From: an uncultured Planctomycetaceae bacterium
Lineage (GTDB): Bacteria; Planctomycetota; Planctomycetia; Pirellulales; PALSA-1355
NCBI GenBank assembly: GCA_963785305.1
Contig: CAWAUV010000005.1
Coordinates: 480,001 to 544,000 of the forward strand
DNA: 64,000 nt
Direction: 5' to 3'
Of the stretch, positions 53,764 to 63,712 are shown one piece after another. The notes below the pieces were generated by a model. That model saw only the letters and a list, made by a program, of their open reading frames with translations, was not told where the DNA came from and did not search any database. A program made the translations under genes and the position numbers. Within the stretch, counting starts at the first letter, position 1, and the number at the start of each line of letters is the position of its first letter.

Positions 53764-54821
53764 TCACGATGGCGCGAATTCTCGCTCTTGGTGGTCTGTC
53801 GCGTCTTCATCGCGATCGGCGAAGTAACGGCGAATGCCATCGCGAAGCGCGATCTGACGTGGCGAATGGCCCTCGACTCGCAATTGCCAGAGCCCTTGCC
53901 AATCGCGCTTCAGATCGGTCGCCGGGTCGAAGCGATGATCGATCAAAATGTTTTCGCGAAGATTGTATCCGCGCCGCGATTTCTTGCCGTGCCAATGATG
54001 GGCCACCGAGCCGGTCACGCAGCCGAGATTTCGCTCGAGCGCCGCCGCGCGGCGTTCCCAATCGACCAGCGCCGCCACATAGCCCGGGGAGTAGCCGCGC
54101 GCCGCCCGACCGCGATCGCGCAATTGGCTATAGAGCCGCGCGCTGAGCTGGCCCAGGAGCGCCCAGGCCATGAAGTAGTCGGCGGCGCCGAGCACTGCGA
54201 AGTCGATCAGCCCGCCCAGCGTGTCGAACGCGTCGCGCCGGATCGCCCAGGCATAGCCGCTGTGCCAGTAGCCTTTTGCGCCATAGGGCGGTATTTCGTC
54301 GGGCGATTGCGATGCGCGATGGCTATCGGCGAAACCGCGGTATTGGGCGAATACATGGCCGCGTGGATCGAGATCGAGCCCGCGCGACCACATTTGCACA
54401 ATCGGATAACTTTGCAAGGCATGCAGCGTGGCTTCGACAATGTCGGGCCGCACGAAGGTAAGATCGGCGTCGATCCAGGCGGCGTATTTCCAGTCGCTCG
54501 GCAAGCGGGCGAAGCCGAGATTCAGCGCGTTTTCCTTGTGCCACAAGACGGAGCTCGCGCGAAATTGCGATTCGAGCGGCGCACGGGGCCGCGCTGATCG
54601 TCCTGCTCGATTTGGAGACGCTCGCGGCCGGTCACGGCGAAGGCTCGCTCGCCGTGGGCCACTTCCACCGTGTGCAGTCGGGCGCCGACCGCGCGCATGT
54701 GGCGGACGAAGTCATGGTAGCGCGACCAGCGGCTGCGAAAGCGAAGCGGATTCGCGATTGCCGTGATCACATAAAGCGGCGCGTCGATCCGGTCGGGCCG
54801 CGCGGAAAGTGGATTGTGCAT
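53764..54821 (-). CDS. Glycosyltransferase-like (DxD) protein (frameshifted)
   Basis: LYVITAIANPLRF, LWHKENALNLG..RLP.DWKYAAWIDAD, GAADYFMA, HHWHG. Confidence 0.55.
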
Positions 54822-54876
54822 GGTGCTCGATTGGTTCGAGGTGCGGTGCGAGTCGCGTGGCGCGGGCCACGGTTTT

Positions 54877-55110
54877 TCAGGGCTTGTGGCGAGCGCGCTC
54901 GAACCAAAGGTCTTGCGTTTGTTCGAGCCGGCTGAGGCGCTGGTCGATTGCGCGCACATGCTCTTCTTGCGCGGCTTGCTTGACAAGCAAGGTGATGCCG
55001 GTGCCAATGATCGGCGTCATCTGCCCAACCAAGAGCGCGCAAATCGCGATCCAATTGTTGACACTCAGTGTCACGCGTTGAATATCGCCGTTGTGAGCGC
55101 GAGCAATCAT
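54877..55110 (-). CDS. Small single-TM coiled-coil protein (holin/XhlA-like candidate)
   Basis: Hydrophobic stretch followed by IDQRLSRLEQ. Confidence 0.4.
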   Translation of the reverse strand: MIARAHNGDIQRVTLSVNNWIAICALLVGQMTPIIGTGITLLVKQAAQEEHVRAIDQRLSRLEQTQDLWFERARHKP

Positions 55111-55260
55111 GGACCGTCTTTACCTTGGCAAGTGTTTGCCTCGATCGGCGTTGTTTCCAAACAAGCGACATGGCGTCACGGGCAGCCCGCTGGCCGGCGC
55201 ATGCGCGAAACCGCGCGGCGCCGGCGGCGGGGCGGTGAGCGGGGTGTTCGCCGCTCGCCC

Positions 55261-55417
55261 CTAGCAGTCTGTTGAAATGTTCAACAGGTTGCGCCACCGC
55301 GCGGATGCGGTGTCAAAAGAACGACGTAAGTCGTTCTTTTCCGAGCCGCGACGAGCTTTGCTCGGCGCTTGGCGAGGTTTACAAATGCCACGAAGGCATT
55401 TGTAAACAGGCTGCTAA
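55261..55417. repeat. About 155-bp MITE-like repeat, copy 3 (inverted)
   Basis: CTAGCAGTCTGTTGAAA...AAACAGGCTGCTAA; reverse complement of copies 1 and 2. Confidence 0.85.
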
Positions 55418-55867
55418 CAGTTAAAAACGTTGCCGGTAGGTCTGCTTCACCACGACCGAGCCGGTCGGAGGCGCTCGACACGGCCAGGGACGAGCCGTGG
55501 CAAGCCAAGCGCTCGGCCAGTCGCTCTCGGAGCCGTGGCTTATTCGCCACCACGCAGGGCGCCGTCAATACTGGCGCCGTGACATAGGACGCAGCCAGGT
55601 AGGGCGCTGCCAAGTACGCCACATTCGGCGCCGAGACCGCGGCCGGCGCAATGCAAGGCGCCGCCACCACGGCCGCGCAAGGCGTCATGGAGGCGATCGC
55701 AACCGGCGCCAAAGCAACCGGCGCGACTTGAATCGGCGGCGCCAGAGGGGCGACCGCGATCGGCGCCGGCGCCACCGGCGCGGCGGCGCTGCCGCGGGAG
55801 GGCAGCCCTGGCCGACATTCGCGGCGCACATCGCCGCGAGACAAACAAGTGACCATCGAATATTCAT
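55418..55867 (-). CDS. Secreted Ala/Pro/Val-rich repetitive protein (frameshifted; 3' end uncertain)
   Basis: Signal peptide MNIRWSLVCLAAMCAA; repeated VAP/AAP units. Confidence 0.45.
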
Positions 55868-55920
55868 GCAACTTTCCTTTCGTGCTCGAACAAATCTCCA
55901 CGGGCGAACCATTCGCCGCG

Positions 55921-56376
55921 TCAACGAAACGCGCGAACCAAGGACAGCGGCTCGCTGGCCCGATCGGCCGCGCTTTCCGGCGGCCAAGCGATGTTCGCGC
56001 GACCGGCAATGCGAGCTGCTTCGCTCGGCGACCGTTCCGGTCGATTCGCTTCATTCGATGTCGCGCAAAACCGCTTGGCGCTATCCAAGTCGTATTCGAC
56101 CGGCGCCGCCGCCACTGCCGCGTGGCGAGGCGCCGCGGCCCGCGGCAGTGCGGCTTGAGGCGAGATCGGCCCCAAGCTCGGCGCTTGTGGCTGCACAATC
56201 ACGCTGGCCGGCGCGGCCACGCCCGAAATGTTGCACGAAGCGCCGCTCGACACATTGCACGAGCCGGAGCCACCGCAACCGCTGGAACAGCCGCGGCGAA
56301 ACACCGCCGCGCGGCTTTCCGCGCAGCTCGCGACCACGATCGCCAGCCCCACTCCCCAAATCACGATTCGCTTCAT
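55921..56376 (-). CDS. Secreted Cys/Gly/Ser-rich protein
   Basis: MKRIVIWGVGLAIVVASCAESRA then GCSSGCGGSGSCNVSSGASCN; AGGAGA RBS. Confidence 0.6.
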   Translation of the reverse strand: MKRIVIWGVGLAIVVASCAESRAAVFRRGCSSGCGGSGSCNVSSGASCNISGVAAPASVIVQPQAPSLGPISPQAALPRAAAPRHAAVAAAPVEYDLDSAKRFCATSNEANRPERSPSEAARIAGRANIAWPPESAADRASEPLSLVRAFR

Positions 56377-56402
56377 AACTAATCTCCTTCTTGCAAAGAC
56401 TC

Positions 56403-57203
56403 TCACAATCCTTCCAAAACCTTGGCGGTGCTTTCGAGCGCCGCCGCGAGATTCTCGCGACCGGGCATCGCGCCGCGCCGCGCCATGTCGGAAAAAAACC
56501 AACTCAATTGATCGAAAAACGGCGCCCAGGCCGCATAGCGCCCTCCCAGGGCCGCGCTGCAGGTAGCGCGAACATCGGTCAACGGGTCTGGCGATGTGTT
56601 TCGCTTGGCTGCCACGGCCGCGGCCTCGGACCGCAACGCTCGGGCAATGACCGCGGCTTCCGCGCGACGATCGACCGTCGGCGCCTCGAGCGCCCAAGCA
56701 CGAATCAGGTTGGCGGGGTCGGGGCCCTGGCCCGCGGGATTCGGGCCGGGGCCCGAGGGTTGGGGCGCTGGCGGAGAAGCAGCTGGAGTCGCTTCGCGCA
56801 GTTCAAGCGAATGAAAAGCGTGCGCCACGCTGCCATCGACGCCGGCCACCGAGACCACAAACACATAGGTTCCCGCGAATCGCGTGGCGAAGTCGGCCCG
56901 CGCGCCACCGTCGCGTTGGTCGAACCCCACGCTGCCGGCTGGCAAGACCGACCACGCTCGGCTCGACACGGCGCCGGATTCCTGGAGGGTGAAATACAGT
57001 TTTTCTCCCGCGATCGCGGTCGATGGTCCATCGATCTTGACCGCCACCGGCCCCGCGGCGCTCGGCGCGACCATTGTGCTCGGGGCATTGGGCGCATCGG
57101 CAGCCGCGCGCGGCGGCGCGACCATGCCCAGCGCCGGCGTGGCGACGGCGATTGCGACCCAGGCGGCATCGATCAATCGGTTTGGTGAATTGTTCTTTTT
57201 CAT
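56403..57203 (-). CDS. Secreted protein with Ig/PKD-like domain and Pro-rich linker
   Basis: Signal peptide; KIDGPSTAIAGE...AGTYVFVVSVA; PAPQPSGPGPNP. Confidence 0.6.
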   Translation of the reverse strand: MKKNNSPNRLIDAAWVAIAVATPALGMVAPPRAAADAPNAPSTMVAPSAAGPVAVKIDGPSTAIAGEKLYFTLQESGAVSSRAWSVLPAGSVGFDQRDGGARADFATRFAGTYVFVVSVAGVDGSVAHAFHSLELREATPAASPPAPQPSGPGPNPAGQGPDPANLIRAWALEAPTVDRRAEAAVIARALRSEAAAVAAKRNTSPDPLTDVRATCSAALGGRYAAWAPFFDQLSWFFSDMARRGAMPGRENLAAALESTAKVLEGL

Positions 57204-58399
57204 GGCAACACCGGCGGGTCGATGATCGGGTAAGTCGGGCTCATCATCGGGCGAGTCAACAACGCTTCGAGATCGGCCTTTTGCTCGACGGTCCAACCGC
57301 GCGGGCGGATGTGGCCATCGAGCAGCGGGTCTTGACGAATCTCGCGACCCGTCTGAAACCTCGCCCCGGAGTCGTAGTGTTCGATTACGTCGGCGATCGA
57401 CCCAAGCGAGCCATCGTGCATATACGGAGCGGTGCGGGGAAGTTCAAGCAAACTCGCGGTTTTGAAGGCCCGCACATTGCGATTGCCGGCGCCTGGACCG
57501 ACGATCGTCGCTCGGCCGCGGTCCTTTCCATTTGCAACGTGCGCTGAAACACCGGTGTTATGCGCGAGATCGTCGCGAAACAGTGGCGGCTTGTGGCACG
57601 AGACGCATTCATTGTCGACAAACAGCTTCCAGCCGCGTGCTTCTCGCACATCGAGCGCCGCGGCGTCGCCGGACAGGTAACGATGGATCGGCGCGTCGAG
57701 CCGGCTGACAACCGTGGCTTCGAACGCCACGAGGCACGCGGTGAGCGACCGTTCGTCGAGCGGAGCGCCAAGTTGGGCGAATAGCTGCTTGTATCCGGGA
57801 ATCGCACGCAGGCGATTGATCACTTGACGGCGGCTGATATTGCCCATCTCCAACGGATTGGTCAGCGGCATCAGCGCTTGGTCGGCCAGCGAGGCTGCCC
57901 GCATATCGACGAACTGCCGGGTTTGCAACGCGGCGTTGAGCACCGTGGGCGTATTGCGCGGGCCCACTTTGCCGAGTCCGCCATGAATCAATCCGGTGGC
58001 CTTCGCTCGGCCATCGGCCCAACCATGATTTCGGTCATGGCAACTCGCGCAACTCGTCGATCCGTCGACCGACATGCGCGGATCGAAGAAAAGCCGCTTG
58101 CCGATCTCGGCCGCCAGCGATGGCGGGGCGGGAGCTTGGGCCTTGGAGAAGCGTGCGGGATGTAAGTAGGAAATGACGCAAGTAATCAGGATCAGCGGGG
58201 CGATCGTGGCGGCGATGCCGCCGGATGGTTGCGGCTGCCGCCGCGTGGCGGGAATTCGCTTCCTGTGGTCGCTCGCGCATTGGTCGCTCGCGTATTGGCG
58301 CCCAACGGCAAGCGACCGACGGGAGCGGACCATCGAGATGTCGCGGCAGCGGACCAACATCGGGCGGCATCGCCGCCATTGTCTTTTTAGTCCATTCAT
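57200..58399 (-). CDS. Di-heme cytochrome c peroxidase (MauG/CcpA family)
   Basis: GKRLFFDPRMS, CASCH, RNTPTVLN, CVSCH, TAPYMHDGS. Confidence 0.92.
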   Translation of the reverse strand: MNGLKRQWRRCRPMLVRCRDISMVRSRRSLAVGRQYASDQCASDHRKRIPATRRQPQPSGGIAATIAPLILITCVISYLHPARFSKAQAPAPPSLAAEIGKRLFFDPRMSVDGSTSCASCHDRNHGWADGRAKATGLIHGGLGKVGPRNTPTVLNAALQTRQFVDMRAASLADQALMPLTNPLEMGNISRRQVINRLRAIPGYKQLFAQLGAPLDERSLTACLVAFEATVVSRLDAPIHRYLSGDAAALDVREARGWKLFVDNECVSCHKPPLFRDDLAHNTGVSAHVANGKDRGRATIVGPGAGNRNVRAFKTASLLELPRTAPYMHDGSLGSIADVIEHYDSGARFQTGREIRQDPLLDGHIRPRGWTVEQKADLEALLTRPMMSPTYPIIDPPVLP

Positions 58400-58408
58400 C
58401 GTGCATCG

Positions 58409-58759
58409 CTACTTTCTGATTCGCGCCGCGAGGCCGCGGAGTTCTTGTTCGCTGGCGGCGCCGACGATTCGGCCGACTTCGCGGCCTTGACGATCGAACG
58501 CCAGAAAGGTGGGAGTTCGAGTGACGCGCAGCGCGACGGCGGCCGCGCGGGTCCGGTCGACATCGATGCGCGTGATCCGGGCGCCCGACTGTTCGATCCG
58601 CTTGAGAATCGGCTTCATTCGTCGACAGGGACCGCAGTCCACGGCCTCGAACGCCACGAGCCCTGGCGCTGGAATCACGACCGGCGCTTGGGCTCGCGCG
58701 TCGTGCGCAAGCGCCAAGGCGGCCACCCCCAAGGCAAAGACAAAAGGTCGTCGCGACAT
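58409..58759 (-). CDS. Exported thioredoxin-family protein
   Basis: Signal peptide, CGPC, TPTF, GREVGRIVG. Confidence 0.88.
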   Translation of the reverse strand: MSRRPFVFALGVAALALAHDARAQAPVVIPAPGLVAFEAVDCGPCRRMKPILKRIEQSGARITRIDVDRTRAAAVALRVTRTPTFLAFDRQGREVGRIVGAASEQELRGLAARIRK

Positions 58760-58830
58760 GCGAATTTCCTTCTTCGGCGAAGCGAACCGCGAACAATGGG
58801 AACCGCGAAACAGTTTACGGCGCGGAAGCG

Positions 58831-59635
58831 TCAGGCGGTGATGGCGGCCAAGTCTTGCTGGAGCGTGGCGAGGTCGAAGCCATTGGGCGCCGGACGCGCG
58901 CCATCGACCCAGAGGTTGTCGAGCAGGGCATAGAACTCATCGAAATACATATCCACGGCCGACCAAGTGACCGGCACGATCCGGCCCCAGCTCACGACGT
59001 AGAGGTAGCTCGCGTCGTAGTCGATTGCGAGCACGCAGTGGCCGCCCCAGGAGCCGGGCGCGTTGGGCCCCCAGCGATGCGCGGCTGGGCGCGGTCCATA
59101 CCGCCGCGTCTTGCCAGGCGATCGGCAAGTTCACGCCGCACGAAGCGCCGCCAAACAGGAACAGCGACTCGATGACCGAAGCGTGATCGGTCGGCTCGAC
59201 CGAGAGATAGGCGCCGAGTTTGTTGCCGGCCACGCCATTGGCCCGCCAATCGTCGAGCACATCGATGATCGCCGCGCCGCGATCGGTCGACGGTGAGCCG
59301 TTGTACCCGCTCACGCGCGAATAGGCCGACAGCATCAGCGGCGTAAGCTGTTGCTCGGGATTGGTGATCGTCAGATTGCCCGACTCGTCGGGCACGACGA
59401 GCGGAACTTTTCCATTGGCGGACCAAGCCAGGAGCGCGTGGCCGGTGCAGGCTTCGGTGCAATCGCCCACGGTGTCGTTGCCCAGCATGCCCCAGGCGGC
59501 GACGGCGGCTCGCCAGTCGGTATGGGTGGGCGGGGCCGGCAGCGCCGCGGCGTTCAGGTATTTCGAGAGCCGTAGCAGCCGCGCTCGTTGCTGGGGCCGG
59601 GCCGGCAAGCGGCCGAGTTTTCCGCGAACGGTCAT
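58831..59635 (-). CDS. Papain-like cysteine peptidase (frameshift near 59070)
   Basis: WGMLGND.VGDCT (Cys), WGGHCVLAIDYD (His), VVSWG. Confidence 0.65.
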
Positions 59636-59714
59636 CGTGTTAGTCCTTTTCGAGTAACGGAAAGAAGTGCGAGAGCACGAAGGCATGCACGAACGAAGGC
59701 GATCGCCGACGGGC

Positions 59715-60083
59715 TCACGGATTCGTCTTGAACAGCGCCACGATCGCTTGAATCGCCGCCATGACTTGCGGCAGGTTTTGGAGCAGCAGGCTGATGATCG
59801 CGCCATTGGCCTTGAGCACGGGCATTGCGGAGAGCGCCGCGAGATCGGCGTCGCTGGCCGGCGCCGGATCGAGCGGAAAGCTCGCGATATCGCCCACCAC
59901 CAAGTCGCCGAGCGCCTTGAATGCTTTCCATTTGTCCTCGACGCTCGCGGCCGAGATCATCTGCTCGATATCGCCTAGGATCGCGGGCGATTGCTGGGCA
60001 TGCTGGGCGATCCAATTGAGCACCGGATAGCCGGTTCCCACGCTTTCGGAAGTGAGCGATTCGCTATTCGACATAGGGGGCAT
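59715..60083 (-). CDS. Hypothetical helical protein
   Basis: AAGGA RBS; co-oriented in the module. Confidence 0.55.
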   Translation of the reverse strand: MPPMSNSESLTSESVGTGYPVLNWIAQHAQQSPAILGDIEQMISAASVEDKWKAFKALGDLVVGDIASFPLDPAPASDADLAALSAMPVLKANGAIISLLLQNLPQVMAAIQAIVALFKTNP

Positions 60084-60295
60084 GTTTCCTTTCTCTCGGG
60101 TTGATGCGCCAGCGAGCCCTTCTCGCGGCGATTGACGCTGCCATGAGCCGTGCGCAAAAAAAGCACGGCGGCGCGGTCGCATGTTCGTGCGACGCGCCGC
60201 CGTGCTGGATGTCGCAAGGCGGTGGGCCCAATCTCTGGGCGCTTGGGAATTAGGACGGTCGGATTGAAATCCGTCGGGCCTGGTTCGACGACCGA

Positions 60296-60535
60296 TTATG
60301 CCGCGTCGCCGGAAACCGAGGTGTTATTCGGAGTGTCCGCGAGGTTCGCCGGTTCCGCGGCCATTTGCCGGGCGCGTTCCAACTGACCGGCGGCGCATTC
60401 GCCGCGTAGGATGCGCACTCCCTCGGGCGCCGCGATGCCGACTCGCACTCGCCCGCGCTCGATGCCCAGCACTTTGAACACGGTCCCACTACTCAGCACG
60501 ATGGTTTCTTGCGGCTTGCGAGTCAGCACCAACAT
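60296..60535 (-). CDS. csrA: Carbon storage regulator CsrA homologue (frameshift affects the RGE motif)
   Basis: MLVLTRKPQETIVL...KVLGIERGRVRVGIAAPEGVRILRGE. Confidence 0.9.
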   Translation of the reverse strand: MLVLTRKPQETIVLSSGTVFKVLGIERGRVRVGIAAPEGVRILRGECAAGQLERARQMAAEPANLADTPNNTSVSGDAA

Positions 60536-60735
60536 GGTGGGCGATCCTTCTGAAAGCGTTTCCCCTGGGGCGACACACGGCCGCTTGCGAAACCTTCGCG
60601 GCGCCGTTGCTCGACGACGACGCGAATACTACCCGCTTTTGCGAGAGTAGCAATCAAAGGAAGTGAGCCAGCCGCGAGGGCCAACATGCGCGCGCCACCG
60701 CCATCGCCGGTTCACGAATAAAGAGGCGCCCGGTG

Positions 60736-62436
60736 TCAGGCAATGATCTCGCGGCGGCGGCGAACATAGTCCCAGAGCACGAACCGATCGAGATCGCGCC
60801 CGCCGGCGAAGAACACGCGTCCCTGAGTGCCTTGCGCCAGCCGCTGGGCAAACTGCACATCCTCGCGAGATTGCGACCAACTCGGCAATAAGAAGATGTT
60901 GATCGTCACGCCCTCGCGACGGCAGTGCTGGCCTTCGCGCATCGTGGCGACTTCGGTGCGCGGGTCGGGCGGATAGAGTAAAAACAGCTCGGGCCCCTCG
61001 AAGTGCGCGGTGGGCAAACCATCGGTTATCAGAATCACTTGGCGATTCGGCGTGTCTTGCGTGGCCAGGAATTGCCGCGCGAGTTGGAGCGCGTGCTGGA
61101 TGTTCGTGAAGTGCTTCGGAATGAACGCTTCGCTCGTGTCTTCGCGGCTCAGGTCGTATTTCCGCCGCACGATCGGGTCGAACACCGTGGGCGGATTCGG
61201 CATCAGCGACGCCACATCGCCCGGCGCCACCGGCCGCGCGAACGAAAACATCTGCAAGAACCGCAAGTAGTCGCCGGGGTACTCGCGGCGAATGAGGCCA
61301 TCGAGCGCCAGCGCCATGCGTTTGACATGAATGTATTGGGCGTCGTAGCGCATCGAGCCGCTCATATCCATCACGACCACGGTGGCGCATTTCGGCGTGT
61401 TGCGAGTGCGATGCACCACGATGTCTTGCTGCCCGAGCCGCACCGGCAGGCCCGGCCCCGAGCGCACCAGGGCATTGATCAGCGACTGGGGCATGTCCAT
61501 GTTGGCGATCGAATCGCCGAACTCATAGGGCTTCGTGCTCGGCAACTCGACGGCGCCCTCGCCCACGACCGGCCCTTGATGCCGGCCCGAACGCGAGGCT
61601 TGCAGCTCGCTGAAGATACGTTCGAGCAGCCGGCCCTGAAACACGCGGTAGGCGTGCGGAGTGAGCCGAAAGCCCTCGCGGCCGCGCTCGAGACCTTGTC
61701 GCTCGGCCATTTGCCGGAGCATCGTTTCGAGCTGCTCTTGAAATTGCTTGAGCTGCTCGACGGACTCGGGATCGGTCATCTCGGCGAGCTCCGACATGTC
61801 GATGATCGCGAGCCGCGCGGTCTTTGTCGCCTCGCGGAGTTGCTTCAGCAGTCGATCGATCGTTTCCAGCTCTTCCTTGACTTCGAGCGCTTGCGGCGGA
61901 GTGAGTGGCGCCCGGCCGGTGAAGGCGTAGCGGGCGGCGAGCTCGTCGATCTGGTATTTCTCGCCCAGTCGGGCAATGAGCGGCATTAGGCCCCGGGCAA
62001 AGTCCGAACGATCGTCGCCCGCCCGATACCAGAGTTGCTCGAGCTCGCGAATCTGCTCGTCGCGGAACGCGCGCTCGAAGAGCTTGGCGAGCCGGCCGGG
62101 CGGACGCAGTTCGGCGCCGGCGCGGCGATAGTTGTCGGCGACGGTTTGCCGAACGCATCGAGTTTCATACTTTTCGAGAATCTTTCGCTTACGCTCCTCG
62201 AGCATTTCACGGAGCGATTCAAGGCTCGGTCCCAGACCGGCGATTCGGCTAATGTCGAGCCGCACCGCGCTGGCAAGCTCTTCGTCGGTAAACTCGCGGA
62301 GCGATCCATACGCCAGCAGGTGCTCGAAGGCCGGCGACACCAAGTCGGGCGGGGGTTGATTCGGGCTCGGTATGTTTTGAGGGTCGTATTTCTGATACGT
62401 GTGGATAACTCCGCCCAACCGATCGGGTCGCGCCAT
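60736..62436 (-). CDS. VWA-domain protein (MoxR/chelatase-associated type)
   Basis: MIDAS DMSGSM, TNIQHALQLA, LITDGLPTAH. Confidence 0.85.
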   Translation of the reverse strand: MARPDRLGGVIHTYQKYDPQNIPSPNQPPPDLVSPAFEHLLAYGSLREFTDEELASAVRLDISRIAGLGPSLESLREMLEERKRKILEKYETRCVRQTVADNYRRAGAELRPPGRLAKLFERAFRDEQIRELEQLWYRAGDDRSDFARGLMPLIARLGEKYQIDELAARYAFTGRAPLTPPQALEVKEELETIDRLLKQLREATKTARLAIIDMSELAEMTDPESVEQLKQFQEQLETMLRQMAERQGLERGREGFRLTPHAYRVFQGRLLERIFSELQASRSGRHQGPVVGEGAVELPSTKPYEFGDSIANMDMPQSLINALVRSGPGLPVRLGQQDIVVHRTRNTPKCATVVVMDMSGSMRYDAQYIHVKRMALALDGLIRREYPGDYLRFLQMFSFARPVAPGDVASLMPNPPTVFDPIVRRKYDLSREDTSEAFIPKHFTNIQHALQLARQFLATQDTPNRQVILITDGLPTAHFEGPELFLLYPPDPRTEVATMREGQHCRREGVTINIFLLPSWSQSREDVQFAQRLAQGTQGRVFFAGGRDLDRFVLWDYVRRRREIIA

Positions 62437-63136
62437 GAACAGCTCCTCGCAAATCCTTCGAGTCACTCGAGTCAACCAAGGGCAATTAGGCTCCCTCACG
62501 CCACAACGCGCATCGCCCAATGCATCGTTTCGAGGCGTTTTCGCCACACGGCGCGGCGCCTCGGCGAGCGCGAGACTTCGACCCAAGAGGGCGAGAATTC
62601 CCCACCGCGCGCTCGACACCCGGTGGCCAATCGGCAACACAACGGCCAGTGAGAATTCCCCACGCCCAAATCGCCTGAGATTCATGGCGCCCATGAAGTT
62701 TAGACGACTCAGCGATTGCGGCAAGCCAGCGCGGCGGTCTGGCCGCCCCGGCTATCGAAGACGACGCTCGGGGAACTCGTTTGTCGGCGACGACTTGGCC
62801 GGAGCTATGTCGTTTTTTTCCACCAGCGGGCGTGGCATGCGATTTGCTTCCTTCGGTGTCTCGTGGCGACCAACGCCAAGTTGGCAGCCGCGAGAAATTG
62901 GCGGACGACACGCGAGCTAGAATCGGGGGGGCGGCTGGTGGGAATGTTGGAAACGATCGGGCCGCGACCCGCAAACTTTCCGTAACACGCGCCCGCGAAC
63001 CCGAACTGCTGGAAAGTGTCTTCCGTAGTACAAAGAAAGACGATTTCGCTTTTGGAAATAACCGCGAAAAACCGTACGATTCAATGGGTGGAGATTCACA
63101 CGACGAAATCTCCGCCGAAAACGGGGGAACAGAATC

Positions 63137-63349
63137 ATGAAAACGCCCGCGAAGACCAACGAAAAGCGGTTCCCGCCTGCCCCGCGAGACGAAGACGCCG
63201 CGCTGGTCGCTTTGGAATCGGCCTCGTTTCAAGTGTTCGAGCAATGGATGGACGGCGAACTTGATCGCCTGATCGCCCAGTGGATCCACGCGGCAGCCCC
63301 CAATGCCCAGCGCATCGGCCTGCTCTCGGGGCGATCTTCATCGAAGTGA
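63137..63349 (+). CDS. Small hypothetical protein
   Basis: 70 aa with RBS-like GGGG; followed by a terminator. Confidence 0.55.
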   Translation: MKTPAKTNEKRFPPAPRDEDAALVALESASFQVFEQWMDGELDRLIAQWIHAAAPNAQRIGLLSGRSSSK

Positions 63350-63390
63350 GTTACGGCTTCGTAATTCTAAAACGCATTGCGTTGTAAAAG

Positions 63391-63414
63391 AGCCGGCCTA
63401 GCGCCGGTTTTTTT
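63391..63414 (+). terminator. Intrinsic terminator
   Basis: AGCCGGC-CTAGC-GCCGGTT followed by a T-run. Confidence 0.75.
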
Positions 63415-63712
63415 ATTGACTCATCGCTTGGTTTTGGCACGAGCGCGGCGGTGACGCCCATGCTCGACTGTCTTATTTCGGTTCTCATTATCGAACGCGC
63501 TGTGCGTTTTCGCCACAAGCGACGTGCTGTTCCGATGCAGCCCTCCGTTTTCTCGCGAGGCTCTTGGCCAATTTTCCTTGGTCTTTAATCGCGCAGTGTG
63601 GCCACGGAAGAGCACCCCGCATAGAATTGGCCAGATAGTGTACATGCGCGCCTGTCTCCACGGGCCATCGCGTTTTGAGTAGGGCCGGTCCGCGTCTGAA
63701 AGGAGGCGACCG

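Noticed and set aside
51898..54597. 899-aa plus-strand ORF and similar long antisense ORFs
   Set aside because: Shadow frames of well-supported opposite-strand genes in high-GC DNA, with no motifs
23453..60535. One intact 37-kb prophage
   Set aside because: The interval holds core genes (lpxA, lpxC, skp, proC) and shows no integrase, att sites, replication, portal or tape-measure genes
62593..62663. CRISPR array from the GAGAATTCCCCAC repeat
   Set aside because: Only two 13-bp copies and no cas genes; no CRISPR array, tRNA or rRNA was recognised in the window
63620..63700. SOS/LexA box upstream of the DUF4130 gene
   Set aside because: No palindrome I can match to a known LexA motif for this lineage
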